DNA of 64,000 nucleotides from Gemmatimonadota bacterium (GTDB lineage Bacteria > Latescibacterota > UBA2968 > GCA-2709665). The translations under genes were made by a program, and so were the position numbers. The notes under the pieces are model-generated. The model ran no database searches. It was not told the origin of the DNA and saw only the letters and a program-made list of their open reading frames with translations. This document shows, piece after piece, positions 44,274-53,758 of the stretch (positions within the stretch are counted from its first letter, which is position 1; each line of letters starts with the position of its first letter). The stretch spans positions 59,309 through 123,308 of the forward strand of contig JAPPJY010000058.1 in assembly GCA_028874335.1 (NCBI GenBank). Reading direction: 5' to 3'.

Positions 44274-44539
44274 TGTCCTGTCCCAAAAATTCCTCACCAT
44301 TCAACCGACGATTCATCCCGTCTCGCTGAAACGTGGTCATTGAGCTTGTCGAAATGCCCGCGTTTCGAAATCCGTCGATGTCCCTTCGCCGACCCTTCGA
44401 CAAGCTCAGGGAGCGGCTCAGGTCTCGCTCGACGATTCCAGAGCCTGTCGAAGGCGCCGCCTTGAGCCGGTCGAAGGGATGTGAGCCGGGCGACTCGGCG
44501 GTCGAATTCAGGCGACTCGTTTTCGTGAAAGAACACTAG
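44274..44539. repeat. MITE-like hairpin element, copy A
   Basis: The left end tgtcctgtcccaaaaattcctcaccattc..cgattcatcccgtctcgc and the right end ggcgactc.gcg.tcgaatt.aggc...gaacactag are shared with 60441-60611. Confidence 0.75.
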
Positions 44540-44580
44540 ATGCATGCGCACGTTCTATCCGGATTCACCACAATAATGGT

Positions 44581-45276
44581 CTAAATTTCCACGAACTTTT
44601 CAAACAGGAACAGCCCGATCAGCATGAAGACGAGGCCGGCGAGAACCGTATATGCCATCATTGCCGGTCCGGTTGGAAGACTCCCCAGCAGACCGTTCAC
44701 GAAATAGCCTGCCATCGAAAGATATAGGATCACGCACGTTACAAACGAAGCGGCCGTCACGAGTCCCCTCAGTCGCGATGCCGTGTACCTGGCGCCTTCC
44801 ACGGCCGTAACGATGCCAAGCGTCAGGAGCGCGTAGCATCCCAGGAACCCGGCGGTGTATCCGTAAACCGACGCTGGTGTTACACCGAAGAAACCCAGAA
44901 TCTGAGATACGTCTTCCCCGGGGGCGCGCGCAACCACGGCATAGACGCCTGCGCCGGCAATCGAGAACAGCAAAAGGCCGATACTCAGAATCGCGGCGTA
45001 TTTGCAGAGACACACGACAGCCGCCCGGACGGGGAGCGCAAAGAGCAGATAGGTTGTATTGGCTCGCCATTCCCCGTTGAACGAGGAAGCCAGCAGAAAC
45101 GGCAGGACAAACATGATCGCCCAGAGGGGCAACGCTGAAAAAAACAGGGCGATCACGTGCGCTTCAACGGACAACAGGACCCAACCCTGCACCACAAGGG
45201 TGCCAATGGCAAGGATGCAGGATAAATTCCTCGCGTCCTTTAACTCCTTTATATACAGAGCACAAAACATCTTCAT
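44581..45276 (-). CDS. ABC-2-type transporter permease-like membrane protein
   Basis: Start at MKMFCALYIKELKDARN. Six hydrophobic segments. It follows the ABC ATPase gene after a 19-nt gap. Confidence 0.65.
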   Translation of the reverse strand: MKMFCALYIKELKDARNLSCILAIGTLVVQGWVLLSVEAHVIALFFSALPLWAIMFVLPFLLASSFNGEWRANTTYLLFALPVRAAVVCLCKYAAILSIGLLLFSIAGAGVYAVVARAPGEDVSQILGFFGVTPASVYGYTAGFLGCYALLTLGIVTAVEGARYTASRLRGLVTAASFVTCVILYLSMAGYFVNGLLGSLPTGPAMMAYTVLAGLVFMLIGLFLFEKFVEI

Positions 45277-45295
45277 ACGCTGTTGGCCTCGTGCG

Positions 45296-45985
45296 TCAGG
45301 CAACCGCCATTTCGAAGATCTCAGACAGAGACCTTCCGTGTTCCTGCTGCAACTGCTCCGTCCGACCCGAGGCGAATGTCTCACCGTCGCGCAGAAGCAG
45401 GACCTCTTCGATAAACGGTTCCACGTCGGATACCAGGTGCGTTGAAATCAACACCGTCTGCCCGGGATGCCGAAACTCGTTGAAGAAACTGTCCAGGATG
45501 CGCCTGCGCGACGGCGGATCGATTCCCCCCAGGGGTTCGTCCATCAGCACCACTTCCGGGGACCAGGAGAATGCGGAGACGACTTTCAGCCGCGCCCGCT
45601 GCCCTCGCGAGAGGGCGCCCACCTTGCGGTCTTCGGGCAGATTCATGAATTCCAGCAGCCTCCTTGCCCGCCCCGCATCCCAGGTCGCATGGAACGACGA
45701 AAGGAAAGCCAGCTGTTCTCCCACCCTCATCCACGAATAAAACGGATCGACTTCGGGAAGAAAGGACACCACCCGCTTTGTGGCGAACCCGGTCTCGACC
45801 TCGCCGATCCGCGACCGCCCCCGGGTGGGACGCGTCACGCCGGCCAGAATCCGGAGCAACGTACTCTTTCCGCTTCCGTTTTCTCCCAGCACGCCCAGCA
45901 CCCTGCCGCGCGCCACCGTCAGCGACACACCCCTGAGCGCCCATGCGCCGGAGTATCTCTTCCATAAGTCTTCGACATAGACCAT
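45296..45985 (-). CDS. ABC transporter ATP-binding protein
   Basis: Walker A GENGSGKST, signature LSRGQRARL and Walker B VVLMDEP. Confidence 0.9.
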   Translation of the reverse strand: MVYVEDLWKRYSGAWALRGVSLTVARGRVLGVLGENGSGKSTLLRILAGVTRPTRGRSRIGEVETGFATKRVVSFLPEVDPFYSWMRVGEQLAFLSSFHATWDAGRARRLLEFMNLPEDRKVGALSRGQRARLKVVSAFSWSPEVVLMDEPLGGIDPPSRRRILDSFFNEFRHPGQTVLISTHLVSDVEPFIEEVLLLRDGETFASGRTEQLQQEHGRSLSEIFEMAVA

Positions 45986-46079
45986 CCTTGCACAGCCCCG
46001 GGTAAAAAAAGGCCGCCCCGGTACCCAATCCAGAAGCGGCCGAATTCAGATCGCCACACGACAACAAGGCCGGCGGGAG

Positions 46080-46571
46080 TCAGCGCATATCGCGATCGAT
46101 CAGGAACAGACCGTATCGATCGTCACCCACCAGTTCCAGCTTCTTCACGATCGCGCGAAGCCCGGCCTCTTCCTCCACCTGTTCGTTCACGAACCACTGC
46201 AGGAACGTATTGGTCGCATGGGCGCGGTTCTTCATGGCCAGATCGACCAGATCGTTGATCCGGCCGCTGGATTCCTGTTCACGCCGGTATGCCTCCGAAA
46301 TTGCGTCCAGCGGCGAACGCCAGTCCGCGGGCGGTTCGGAAATCGACTTGAACCCGACCGGCGCCTCCCGTTCGTGCAGGAATTCGTAGATCTTCATTGC
46401 ATGCGCCATCTCGCGCTGGGCCTGCTTTCCCATCCACCTGGCAAATCCGTTCAGATTGACCGATTTGAAATAGGAGGACATGGCCAGGTAGGTGTACCAG
46501 GCGAGGAATTCGCTGTTGATCTGCTCGTTCAGCGCCGATTGAATTTCCTTGCTAAACATCAACTCCCCCAA
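46080..46571 (-). CDS. ftn: Ferritin (non-haem, Ftn-like)
   Basis: IQSALNEQINSEFLAWYTYLAMSSYF...EREMAHAMKIYEFLHERE...FLQWFVNEQVEEE. The start is TTG 46571 or ATG 46559. Confidence 0.85.
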   Translation of the reverse strand: MGELMFSKEIQSALNEQINSEFLAWYTYLAMSSYFKSVNLNGFARWMGKQAQREMAHAMKIYEFLHEREAPVGFKSISEPPADWRSPLDAISEAYRREQESSGRINDLVDLAMKNRAHATNTFLQWFVNEQVEEEAGLRAIVKKLELVGDDRYGLFLIDRDMR

Positions 46572-46691
46572 TGCCTTTGTCCGGAGACGCCCCCCGGCGC
46601 CCGTTGCTCATTGATACCGCGGTCGCCAACGGCGGGCCCGAACACGTACCGGAATGTTGACCCGACATATAAACCGCTGCGCCGGAGGCGC

Positions 46692-47045
46692 CTATTGGGT
46701 CTGAGGAACCTTGCAGCAGTCCGGCAGTTTCGCGTAGACCGCGCTGTCGGCAGCGGCCTGATTCGCCTGATAACCCGCCCCGGTGATTGCCTTTTCCAAC
46801 GCAGCCACCTCGGTACGCGTCGCATCGTAAGTCACGCTGACAACCTTGACATCCATGTCGACGGCTACCTCCGATACGCCGTCCACCTTTTTCAATGCCT
46901 TTTCTATATTGTTCGCACACATCATGCACTGTGCCGTGGGGACATTGATTTTGGTGGTACGGGTCTCGGCCGTGGAACAGCCGGTGGCGGCGATAAGGGA
47001 GAATACGAACACACTGGACAGCAGAACAGAAACGGACTTGCGCAT
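46692..47045 (-). CDS. Heavy-metal-associated (HMA) domain lipoprotein/chaperone
   Basis: MRKSVSVLLSSVFVFSLIAATGCS (lipobox), followed by an HMA fold with CMMC metal-binding motif (PTAQCMMCANNIEKALKKVDGV). Confidence 0.75.
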   Translation of the reverse strand: MRKSVSVLLSSVFVFSLIAATGCSTAETRTTKINVPTAQCMMCANNIEKALKKVDGVSEVAVDMDVKVVSVTYDATRTEVAALEKAITGAGYQANQAAADSAVYAKLPDCCKVPQTQ

Positions 47046-47136
47046 GGATCTATCTCCTCTGGAAAAAGGGAAAGACGAAAGCCTTCCCGGACAATGATGC
47101 ATGCAACTTCGAATATATGACAACACCCATTTTTAA

Positions 47137-50100
47137 TCAACTCCCATCTTTCAACGATCGGCCTTTCCACAACGCGTAAATCGCGGGAATCACGATCAGC
47201 GTGAGCAACGCGGACGAAGCGACACCGCCCACCATCGGCGCGGCAATGCGCTTCATCGTCTGCGACCCGATGCCGTGTCCCCACATAATGGGAAGCAACG
47301 CCAGCAGCGTCGTGAGTACAGTCATCATTTTCGGCCGGACCCGTTCCACGGCGCCGGAGATGACCGCTGTCCTCAGGTCCGAAGCGTTCATCTCGCCGCC
47401 TCGCTCCTTCCGAATACGATCGTACGCATGATCGAGATAAACCAGCATGACGACTCCTGTCTCGGCCGCCAGACCGCCCAGAGCAATGAATCCGACACCT
47501 ACCGCAACACTCATATTGTAATCCAGCAGATACATCAGCCAGATCCCGCCCACCATTGCGAACGGCAGGGACAGCATGACAATGAGGCTCTCCGTAATAT
47601 TCCTGAAGTTGAGATACAACAACAGAAAAATGATTCCAAGGGTGAGCGGAACGACCAGTTTCAATCGCTTCTCCGCCCTCTGCATGTACTCGTACTGGCC
47701 GCTCCAGGTGATCGAATAACCCGGCGGCATCGACACGCTCTCCAACACAGCCTGTTGTGCGCGCTTCACATAGGTTCCAACGTCGATGCCCTGGATATCC
47801 ACGTACACCCACGCGTTCAAACGCGCGTTCTCGCTCTTGATCCCCGGCGGCCCTTTTCTGATCCGGATGTCCGCGAGTTGCTGGATGGGAATCTGGGCGC
47901 CGGTGGGTGTTGGCACCAGCACCCGGCGCAACGCCGGCAGGTTGTCGCGCAGTTCCCTGTCATAGCGCAGATTGACCGGATAGCGCTCCAGGCCTTCAAC
48001 GGTCGTTGTGATATTCATCCCGCCGACCGCGAACATGATCACGTCCTGAACGTCTCCTGTCGTAAGTCCGTAGCGCGCTGCTTCTTCCCGGTTGATTTCG
48101 AAGTCGAGGTAGTTTCCGCCAGCGACGCGTTCGGCAAACACGCTCAGTGTGCCCGGCAGATTGCGGATCACCCCTTCGATCTGCTCGCCGAGGCGCTGCA
48201 ACACCTCCAGGTCCTCACCCGCGACTTTCACGCCAACCGGCGTCTTGATCCCGGTCGACAGCATGTCGATTCTTGTCTTGATGGGCATTGTCCACGAATT
48301 GGTCAGGCCGGGGAACTGAATCGCCCGGTTCAATTGGTCGATCAGCTTTTCGGGTGTCATGCCCGGGCGCCACTCGTTTTCCGGCTTCAGCGTAATCGTT
48401 GTCTCGATCATTGAAAGCGGCGCCGGATCGGTTGCGGTCTCGGCGCGCCCGATCTTCCCGAATACGTCCTGGACCTCCGGAAACGACTTGATGATCTTGT
48501 CCGTCTGCTGCAGTAATTCACGCGCACGGGTCACGGAGATTCCAGGCAGGGTGGTAGGCATGTAGAGAAGGTCTCCCTCGTACAGGGGCGGCATGAATTC
48601 CGAACCGATCTTCTCCAGAGGAAACAGGTGGTCCAGCCTCAGAAGCGCTCGATACGTGACGCTCCGCGGCGCATCGGAGAATCGATCGAGTACCGTGCTC
48701 CTGAACGGAAAGAGCGTCACGAACAGCACGGCCACGGCCAGCAGAACCGTGGCGACCCTGTGCCTCAAGACCCAGTCGATGACAGGTCGGTAGGCCCAGA
48801 TGAAGAACCGGCTGCTGGGATTTCGCGCCTCCGGCCGGATTCTGCCCCGAACGAAAAAGCTCACGAGAACGGGAACGAGCGTGACGGCGAGCAGCGCCGC
48901 CCCGCCCATCGCGTACGTCTTCGTATAGGCCAAAGGCTTGAACAACCGCCCCTCTTGAGCCTGAAGCGTGAACACGGGAAGGAACGACACCGTGATCAAC
49001 AGAAGAGAATAAAAGAGGGCAGGACCGACCTCCCTTGACGCTCGAGCGACAATCTCGAGATGGCTCACCTTCCCGTTGTCCTGCTCGAGGTGTTTATGTG
49101 CGTTCTCGATCATCACGATCGACGCGTCGACCATCGCGCCGATGGCAACCGCAATTCCGCCCAGCGACATGATGTTGGAGCTCACACCCTGTGTGTACAT
49201 CATTCCGAAAGAAACCAGCACGCCGGTTGAAAGCGCGAAGACCGCCACGAACGCGCTGCGAAAGTGCAGCAGGAACACGACGCACACAAGCGCGACCACC
49301 GACATCTCCTCGATGAGCTTGTTACGCAGATTGTCGATGGCGCTGCGAATGAGCGCGGACCGGTCATATGCGGTCCTGATTTCAACGCCTTGGGGCAGAC
49401 CGGGTTTTAGCGATTCGATCTTCTCCTTGACGCGATCGATCACAGCCAGGGCGTTCTCGCCGTATCGCATGACCACGATTCCGCCCACGACCTCGCCTTC
49501 GCCGTTCCATTCCGCCATGCCCCGGCGCAGCTCGGGACCCAGCTGGACTGTGGCGATATCACCAACTCTTACCGGGGTGCCCCGTGTGTCGACACCGACG
49601 GCGACGTTTCGAATATCCTCCGTCGAACGCAGATACCCCAGGCCGCGGACCATAAACTCCGATTCACCGAATTCCACGATGCGCCCGCCAACGTCATTAT
49701 TGCTCCGCCGGATTGCGTTCCTGACCTTCTGCAACGGGATATTGTAGGCCAGCAGCCGGTTGGGATCCACGGTTACCTGGTACTGCTTCACGTACCCGCC
49801 TACGGCCGCCACCTCCGCTACACCCTGCACGCTGCTGAGTTCGTAACGCAGGTACCAGTCCTGGATGGACCGCAGTTCCGAAAGATCCCGGCGCCCCGTA
49901 CTGTCAACCAGCACGTATTCGTACACCCATCCGACGCCTGTGGCATCCGGCCCGAGCCGCGGCGCAACGTCCGCGGGCAGGCGGTTCGAAACGGTGTCGA
50001 GCGCCTCCAGGACGCGGCTTCTGGCCCAATAAATATCCGTACCGTCCTCGAAAATCACATAGACGAACGACAGTCCGAAGAATGAATATCCTCTCACGAC

Positions 50101-50340
50101 GCTTGCCTTCGGCACGGCCAGCATGGCGGAGGTGAGTGGATAGGTCACCTGGTCCTCCACCACTCGAGGCGCCTGCCCCTGATAATCAGTCATTACGATC
50201 ACCTGCACGTCCGACAGGTCCGGTATCGCGTCGAGGGGCGTATTCAACATCGCGTATCCCCCCCACGCGATTGCGAAAATCGTGGCCATAATGACCAGAA
50301 TACGGTTCCGGAGGCTGAGTTCGATAATTTGACCAATCAT
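47137..50340 (-). CDS. cusA: CusA/CzcA-family heavy-metal efflux RND pump
   Basis: Start at MIGQIIELSLRNRILVIMATIF. About 1067 aa with typical RND 12-TM architecture and CusA-like segments. Confidence 0.9.
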   Translation of the reverse strand: MIGQIIELSLRNRILVIMATIFAIAWGGYAMLNTPLDAIPDLSDVQVIVMTDYQGQAPRVVEDQVTYPLTSAMLAVPKASVVRGYSFFGLSFVYVIFEDGTDIYWARSRVLEALDTVSNRLPADVAPRLGPDATGVGWVYEYVLVDSTGRRDLSELRSIQDWYLRYELSSVQGVAEVAAVGGYVKQYQVTVDPNRLLAYNIPLQKVRNAIRRSNNDVGGRIVEFGESEFMVRGLGYLRSTEDIRNVAVGVDTRGTPVRVGDIATVQLGPELRRGMAEWNGEGEVVGGIVVMRYGENALAVIDRVKEKIESLKPGLPQGVEIRTAYDRSALIRSAIDNLRNKLIEEMSVVALVCVVFLLHFRSAFVAVFALSTGVLVSFGMMYTQGVSSNIMSLGGIAVAIGAMVDASIVMIENAHKHLEQDNGKVSHLEIVARASREVGPALFYSLLLITVSFLPVFTLQAQEGRLFKPLAYTKTYAMGGAALLAVTLVPVLVSFFVRGRIRPEARNPSSRFFIWAYRPVIDWVLRHRVATVLLAVAVLFVTLFPFRSTVLDRFSDAPRSVTYRALLRLDHLFPLEKIGSEFMPPLYEGDLLYMPTTLPGISVTRARELLQQTDKIIKSFPEVQDVFGKIGRAETATDPAPLSMIETTITLKPENEWRPGMTPEKLIDQLNRAIQFPGLTNSWTMPIKTRIDMLSTGIKTPVGVKVAGEDLEVLQRLGEQIEGVIRNLPGTLSVFAERVAGGNYLDFEINREEAARYGLTTGDVQDVIMFAVGGMNITTTVEGLERYPVNLRYDRELRDNLPALRRVLVPTPTGAQIPIQQLADIRIRKGPPGIKSENARLNAWVYVDIQGIDVGTYVKRAQQAVLESVSMPPGYSITWSGQYEYMQRAEKRLKLVVPLTLGIIFLLLYLNFRNITESLIVMLSLPFAMVGGIWLMYLLDYNMSVAVGVGFIALGGLAAETGVVMLVYLDHAYDRIRKERGGEMNASDLRTAVISGAVERVRPKMMTVLTTLLALLPIMWGHGIGSQTMKRIAAPMVGGVASSALLTLIVIPAIYALWKGRSLKDGS

Positions 50341-50434
50341 ACGATCTACTTTCTTTATGAGTTCCTTGTCCGGTCCATTGGCATGGGTCACGGTTCCGGA
50401 TTCCCCGGTTGAACCCGGTTGCGTTGCCCGACCG

Positions 50435-51718
50435 TCAATGTCGATGCTGCATCGGCGCCGAAGTTTCGTGTTGTGCGCCGATGTTTCCAAGCGCCGCCTT
50501 CAGGTTGCTTTCCGAGTCGATCAGAAACTGCGCCGATACGACAACCCGCTCGCCTCCCTGCAGCCCGCCGGTCACCTCGAAAACGTCGTCCGCCTCCACC
50601 CCAAGCGACACTTCGCGCGGCGAAAAACGACCTTCCCCGAGATCCAGAATCACGACGCTTCGCTCTCCCGTCCGGATCACTGCCTCGGCAGGGACGACGA
50701 CGGCCTCCTTCGACACCTCGGAGAGGATCTTTACCGTGGCGAACATCTCGGGTTTCAATTGCAGTTCCGGGTTGTCAAATATCATCCGTACTTTCGCGGT
50801 GCGGGTCTTTGGCTCCAGGAACGGATAGATATAGCTGACCGCCCCTTTGAACACCTGACCGGGCGCGTAGGAGAGCACGACTTCGGCCGACTGCCCTCTG
50901 CTGATCCACGGCAATTCGTACTCGTATATATCCGCGTAGACCCATACGCGCGAAAGATCCGCGATTCGATAGAGATGTTCTCCGGCCTCTATATGCGCGC
51001 CGTCGAACACCGCCCGATGCACAACCACGCCCTCCTGCGGGGAATGGATCGTCATGGTCCGCTTCGCCTCCCGCGTCCGCTCCAGGTCCGCAATCTGCGC
51101 TTCCGCAATATCCCAGTACATCAATCGCTGCCGCGCCGCGCTCAGGAGCGCCTTTGCGCCATCCAGCGCTTCGGCGGACGCGCCCGCCTCCAGCCGCCGG
51201 ACATAGTCCAGCGCCGTGATGTACTCCTCCTGCGCGGCCACGAGTTCGGGACTGTAGATATCCAGCAGCGGTTGTCCCTTCTTCACCTCCTGACCGGTGA
51301 AGTCAACATGCAGTTTCTCAACCCATCCGGTTACCTTCGTATTCACGTCCGTCATTCCTGTTTCGTCGTAATCGACACGTCCCATGGTGCGAACGGTCCG
51401 GCTCAACGGGCGCCGTTCCGCCACCCCGATTCTGACCCCCATATTCTGCACGGTGGACGGATCGATCCGGACCTCGCCGGCTTCCTCCCCGTGGTCGGCT
51501 TCGTGTCCCGACCCGCCTGGCTGGTCCATCACCAGGTCCATTCCGCAAATCGGACAGCTTCCGGGCCTGTCTGACACCACTGTCGGATGCATCGGGCACC
51601 GGTGCACGGACGGTCCCGACTCCTGAGTCGCCGATCCGTCCTCTCCTGCGATCCACATTCCCAGGCCCACTCCGACAATCAGGGCGAGAATCGTCACAAC
51701 GATGGTTTTCGAATTCAT
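50435..51718 (-). CDS. cusB: RND efflux periplasmic adaptor (CusB-like) with an N-terminal Cys-rich metal-binding motif
   Basis: 427 aa. HRCPMHPTVVSDRPGSCPICGMDLV followed by an MFP/HlyD-like body. Confidence 0.85.
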   Translation of the reverse strand: MNSKTIVVTILALIVGVGLGMWIAGEDGSATQESGPSVHRCPMHPTVVSDRPGSCPICGMDLVMDQPGGSGHEADHGEEAGEVRIDPSTVQNMGVRIGVAERRPLSRTVRTMGRVDYDETGMTDVNTKVTGWVEKLHVDFTGQEVKKGQPLLDIYSPELVAAQEEYITALDYVRRLEAGASAEALDGAKALLSAARQRLMYWDIAEAQIADLERTREAKRTMTIHSPQEGVVVHRAVFDGAHIEAGEHLYRIADLSRVWVYADIYEYELPWISRGQSAEVVLSYAPGQVFKGAVSYIYPFLEPKTRTAKVRMIFDNPELQLKPEMFATVKILSEVSKEAVVVPAEAVIRTGERSVVILDLGEGRFSPREVSLGVEADDVFEVTGGLQGGERVVVSAQFLIDSESNLKAALGNIGAQHETSAPMQHRH

Positions 51719-51782
51719 AACTCGACCCTTCCCTCTTCAATGCGTACGGTTGCTGAAACCGAGGCGATATCGGGAAACCGCG

Positions 51783-53045
51783 CTAAAACAGCCGTTTTCC
51801 GATAACCGCTTCCAGTTCCGCCAGCTTTTTCTCGCGTTGGATCAGATGGTGATAGTGTTCGATTTCAAACTGAAACAACGAGACCTGGTTGTTCAACAAG
51901 GTCAGAAAGTCCACTTTGTCCACCTGGTATCCCGCCATTGCGGATTCCAGCGACTGCTGCGCCTGGGGCAGAATTGCGGTACGGAACAGCTCCGCCTGCT
52001 TCCAGTGCCGGTCGACTTCAAGGCAGATTTCCTCCACCCGAAACAGGATCTCGCGGCTGACGTCCTCTTTCTGCGCCCTGACCATTCTGATATTGGCCTG
52101 CGCCTCGGCAATTTGACTGTCCCGTTTCCGTCCGTTGAAGATCGGAAGGTTCATGCTCACGCCGAACGACAGAAAGTCGCTGCCGCTCACGGGATCGGGC
52201 GCCACGTGGGCGCGTTGCAGGTAGCCCAGGCGAAACGTCAGATCGGGCCGGCCCGATCGCCGTGCCGCCTGTTCGGTTGCCGCCCACCTGGAAATGGTAT
52301 GGTCAATTTCCTTCAACAGCGGGCGGTGCGCCATGGCCAGCCGCTGGGCGTCCTTCACCGACAGGTCGAATGGCGTCGCAATCACGTCGCCGGGCGCATT
52401 CACGGCGGTATCCATCGGCCGATTCAGGACCCGGTTGAGCCGCGCCTCCGCAAGCCTGCGGTCCGTATTCAGCCCGATCAGTCGATCCTGCAGCGCGGAA
52501 AGCGACACCTGGGCCTTCAGGACGTCTTGTTGAAGTCCGCGGCCGACCACGTATTTCTTCTCTGCGATTCGAACCAGGTCCCGGAGGAGCGCCCGGTTCC
52601 GTTCCGTCACTTCAATTGCCCTGTCCAGAAACGCCAGCGCATAGTATCCCTGCTTTACAAGATTGACGATCGTTCCGGTACGGTCCGCAAGGACTTCTCC
52701 GGCAGCGCCGGCGGCAGATTCCGCCGCCCGCTCGTTCGCGCGCAACAGGCCCGGAAGCGGTATCCGCTGGCTGACCGTCAACTGCTTGCCGGACATATGC
52801 GTACTGTTGAAGTCAAAGCTGCTTGTCGGTACGTTGCGCAAATCCAGCGCCAGCATCGGATCCTGCAGCGCACCAGCCTGAGGCACCCGGGCTTCGATTG
52901 CGGCCAACCGGTGCTCAAGAACCTCCAGACCGGGATTTTTCGCGAGCGCCGAGTCGATCAATACGTCCAGGTCCGACGCCGCGGCGCCGGCAATCCCGGG
53001 TATGAGGAAAAGACACATCCCGATGAGTTTCAGCAATCCCTTCAA
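51783..53045 (-). CDS. TolC-family outer-membrane efflux protein (CusC-like)
   Basis: 420 aa with a signal peptide and two TolC-type repeat halves. Confidence 0.8.
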   Translation of the reverse strand: MKGLLKLIGMCLFLIPGIAGAAASDLDVLIDSALAKNPGLEVLEHRLAAIEARVPQAGALQDPMLALDLRNVPTSSFDFNSTHMSGKQLTVSQRIPLPGLLRANERAAESAAGAAGEVLADRTGTIVNLVKQGYYALAFLDRAIEVTERNRALLRDLVRIAEKKYVVGRGLQQDVLKAQVSLSALQDRLIGLNTDRRLAEARLNRVLNRPMDTAVNAPGDVIATPFDLSVKDAQRLAMAHRPLLKEIDHTISRWAATEQAARRSGRPDLTFRLGYLQRAHVAPDPVSGSDFLSFGVSMNLPIFNGRKRDSQIAEAQANIRMVRAQKEDVSREILFRVEEICLEVDRHWKQAELFRTAILPQAQQSLESAMAGYQVDKVDFLTLLNNQVSLFQFEIEHYHHLIQREKKLAELEAVIGKRLF

Positions 53046-53189
53046 GACTGATCACCTCCGTGGCTGGGAAAAACGGCCGCGCACGCGCGAAACAACGCAC
53101 TCGAGCCGGAGGATATTCGTCCAGCGATTGAAATTCGTGCGACGTCAATGAGGAGAAGAACGATACTGAACCGCGGAAGACGCAGTCAG

Positions 53190-53247
53190 CAGTCCGTTGA
53201 TAAAGTCGCTCTGCATGCGAAGCCGGATGGGCTTTTTCAACGGGCTG
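53190..53247. repeat. Inverted-repeat intergenic element, locus 3 (compact hairpin form)
   Basis: cagtccgttgataaagtcgctctgc (53190-53214) and gggctttttcaacgggctg (53229-53247) are near-complementary arms. Confidence 0.7.
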
Positions 53248-53260
53248 ACAGGGCGGGAAA

Positions 53261-53623
53261 TCAGATCAGAAACGAAGCATTCATCAGGTACAGCGAGGAC
53301 ATTTGACGGGAAGCAACCGATTGATACACAACCGTGCGGGGCAGGCGTGAGAGGAAGGACGCGGGGGAACGGACCGATGGAGGCGCGATGTGGGAATCCG
53401 GACCCGGAAAACGGGGCGTTGAGGACTGAATCGCGGAAGGCAGTTCCTGCGGGGCATCTTTAACGCTGCCACCGTTTCCGGCGCAGCAGCAGTCCGCCTC
53501 AACCGGCTGGGCGTGGCATGCTTCAGCCTGAACCGACACCCCGCACAGGCACTGGATGGCGGCAAGAGCGAAGCCAACTGCCAGACATGTCGTGGAAAGC
53601 GCGCGAATCATCCTCTGCCTCAC
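53261..53623 (-). CDS. Hypothetical small secreted Cys-rich protein upstream of the efflux operon
   Basis: MIRALSTTCLAVGFALAAIQCLCG...EACHAQPVEADCCCAG. Only ORF-level support. The C-terminal half is low complexity and overlaps a repeat element. Confidence 0.25.
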   Translation of the reverse strand: MRQRMIRALSTTCLAVGFALAAIQCLCGVSVQAEACHAQPVEADCCCAGNGGSVKDAPQELPSAIQSSTPRFPGPDSHIAPPSVRSPASFLSRLPRTVVYQSVASRQMSSLYLMNASFLI

Positions 53624-53758
53624 AAACGGATTTCGTCTGTCAGAATTAACGCCATCTTATATACGTTTGTCAAGGACGGTTGTTCAAAAAAAGTGGATCG
53701 ACACCCATTCGTCCTGACTCCGGCGGAACCGCGGAGGTAACAAGAGCGAGGCGACACC

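Noticed and set aside
44294-44551. 85-aa ORF (…PELVEGSAKGH…FDKLND…), and the 53197-53463 / 26967-27377 ORFs beginning MGFFNGL
   Set aside because: These are translations of the repeat elements (the MITE-like and inverted-repeat families), not genes.
50357-53051. Long plus-strand ORFs 50357-51574 and 51702-53051
   Set aside because: They are antisense to the cusB-like and TolC-like genes, which have clear family features.
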